A stretch of DNA of 46,891 bases, from the NCBI RefSeq assembly GCF_001194135.2, contig NC_068984.1, forward strand, positions 113,728,977-113,775,867. Direction: 5' to 3'. This document shows positions 46,847-46,891 of the stretch, one piece after another. A program made the translations under genes and the position numbers. Every line of letters begins with the position of its first letter. Within the stretch, counting starts at the first letter, position 1. The notes beneath the pieces are model-generated. The model worked only from the letters and a program-made list of their open reading frames with translations. It was not told the origin of the DNA and made no database searches. This stretch comes from Octopus bimaculoides (Eukaryota).

Positions 46847-46891
<45 letters not shown>
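46693..46891 (-). mobile_element. SINE group B 3' part, followed by (AT)n at the window end
   Basis: cgcttcagtcattggactgcggtcatgctgg...cgaccccagtacttatt...ctgctaagttatgggacgtaaac. Confidence 0.85.

Overview
AT-rich, repeat-saturated animal genomic DNA with seven N-gaps. The SINE families and microsatellite load suggest a coleoid cephalopod, probably Octopus; this taxon is my inference, not a database result. No intact host gene is recognisable, and almost all computed ORFs are microsatellite, gap or transposon artefacts. The window holds five decayed R4/Dong-type (RLE-endonuclease) LINE pieces, mostly abutting (TAA)n tracts, a Tc1 DD34E relic, Helitron ends plus a PIF1 helicase remnant, a near-full Penelope-like element (PLE: RT plus C-terminal GIY-YIG) and a second PLE fragment. 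It also holds a CR1 LINE, several RTE 3' ends and about 35 copies of three modular tRNA-derived SINE groups. The most interesting signal is a set of hammerhead-ribozyme motifs. One complete motif with an unusually long (~93 nt) stem II lies at the PLE 3' end. Hammerhead motifs or half-motifs also sit inside three MITE-like fold-backs, suggesting these are inverted PLE terminal relics rather than DNA-transposon MITEs. Repeat coordinates were read by eye and are approximate.
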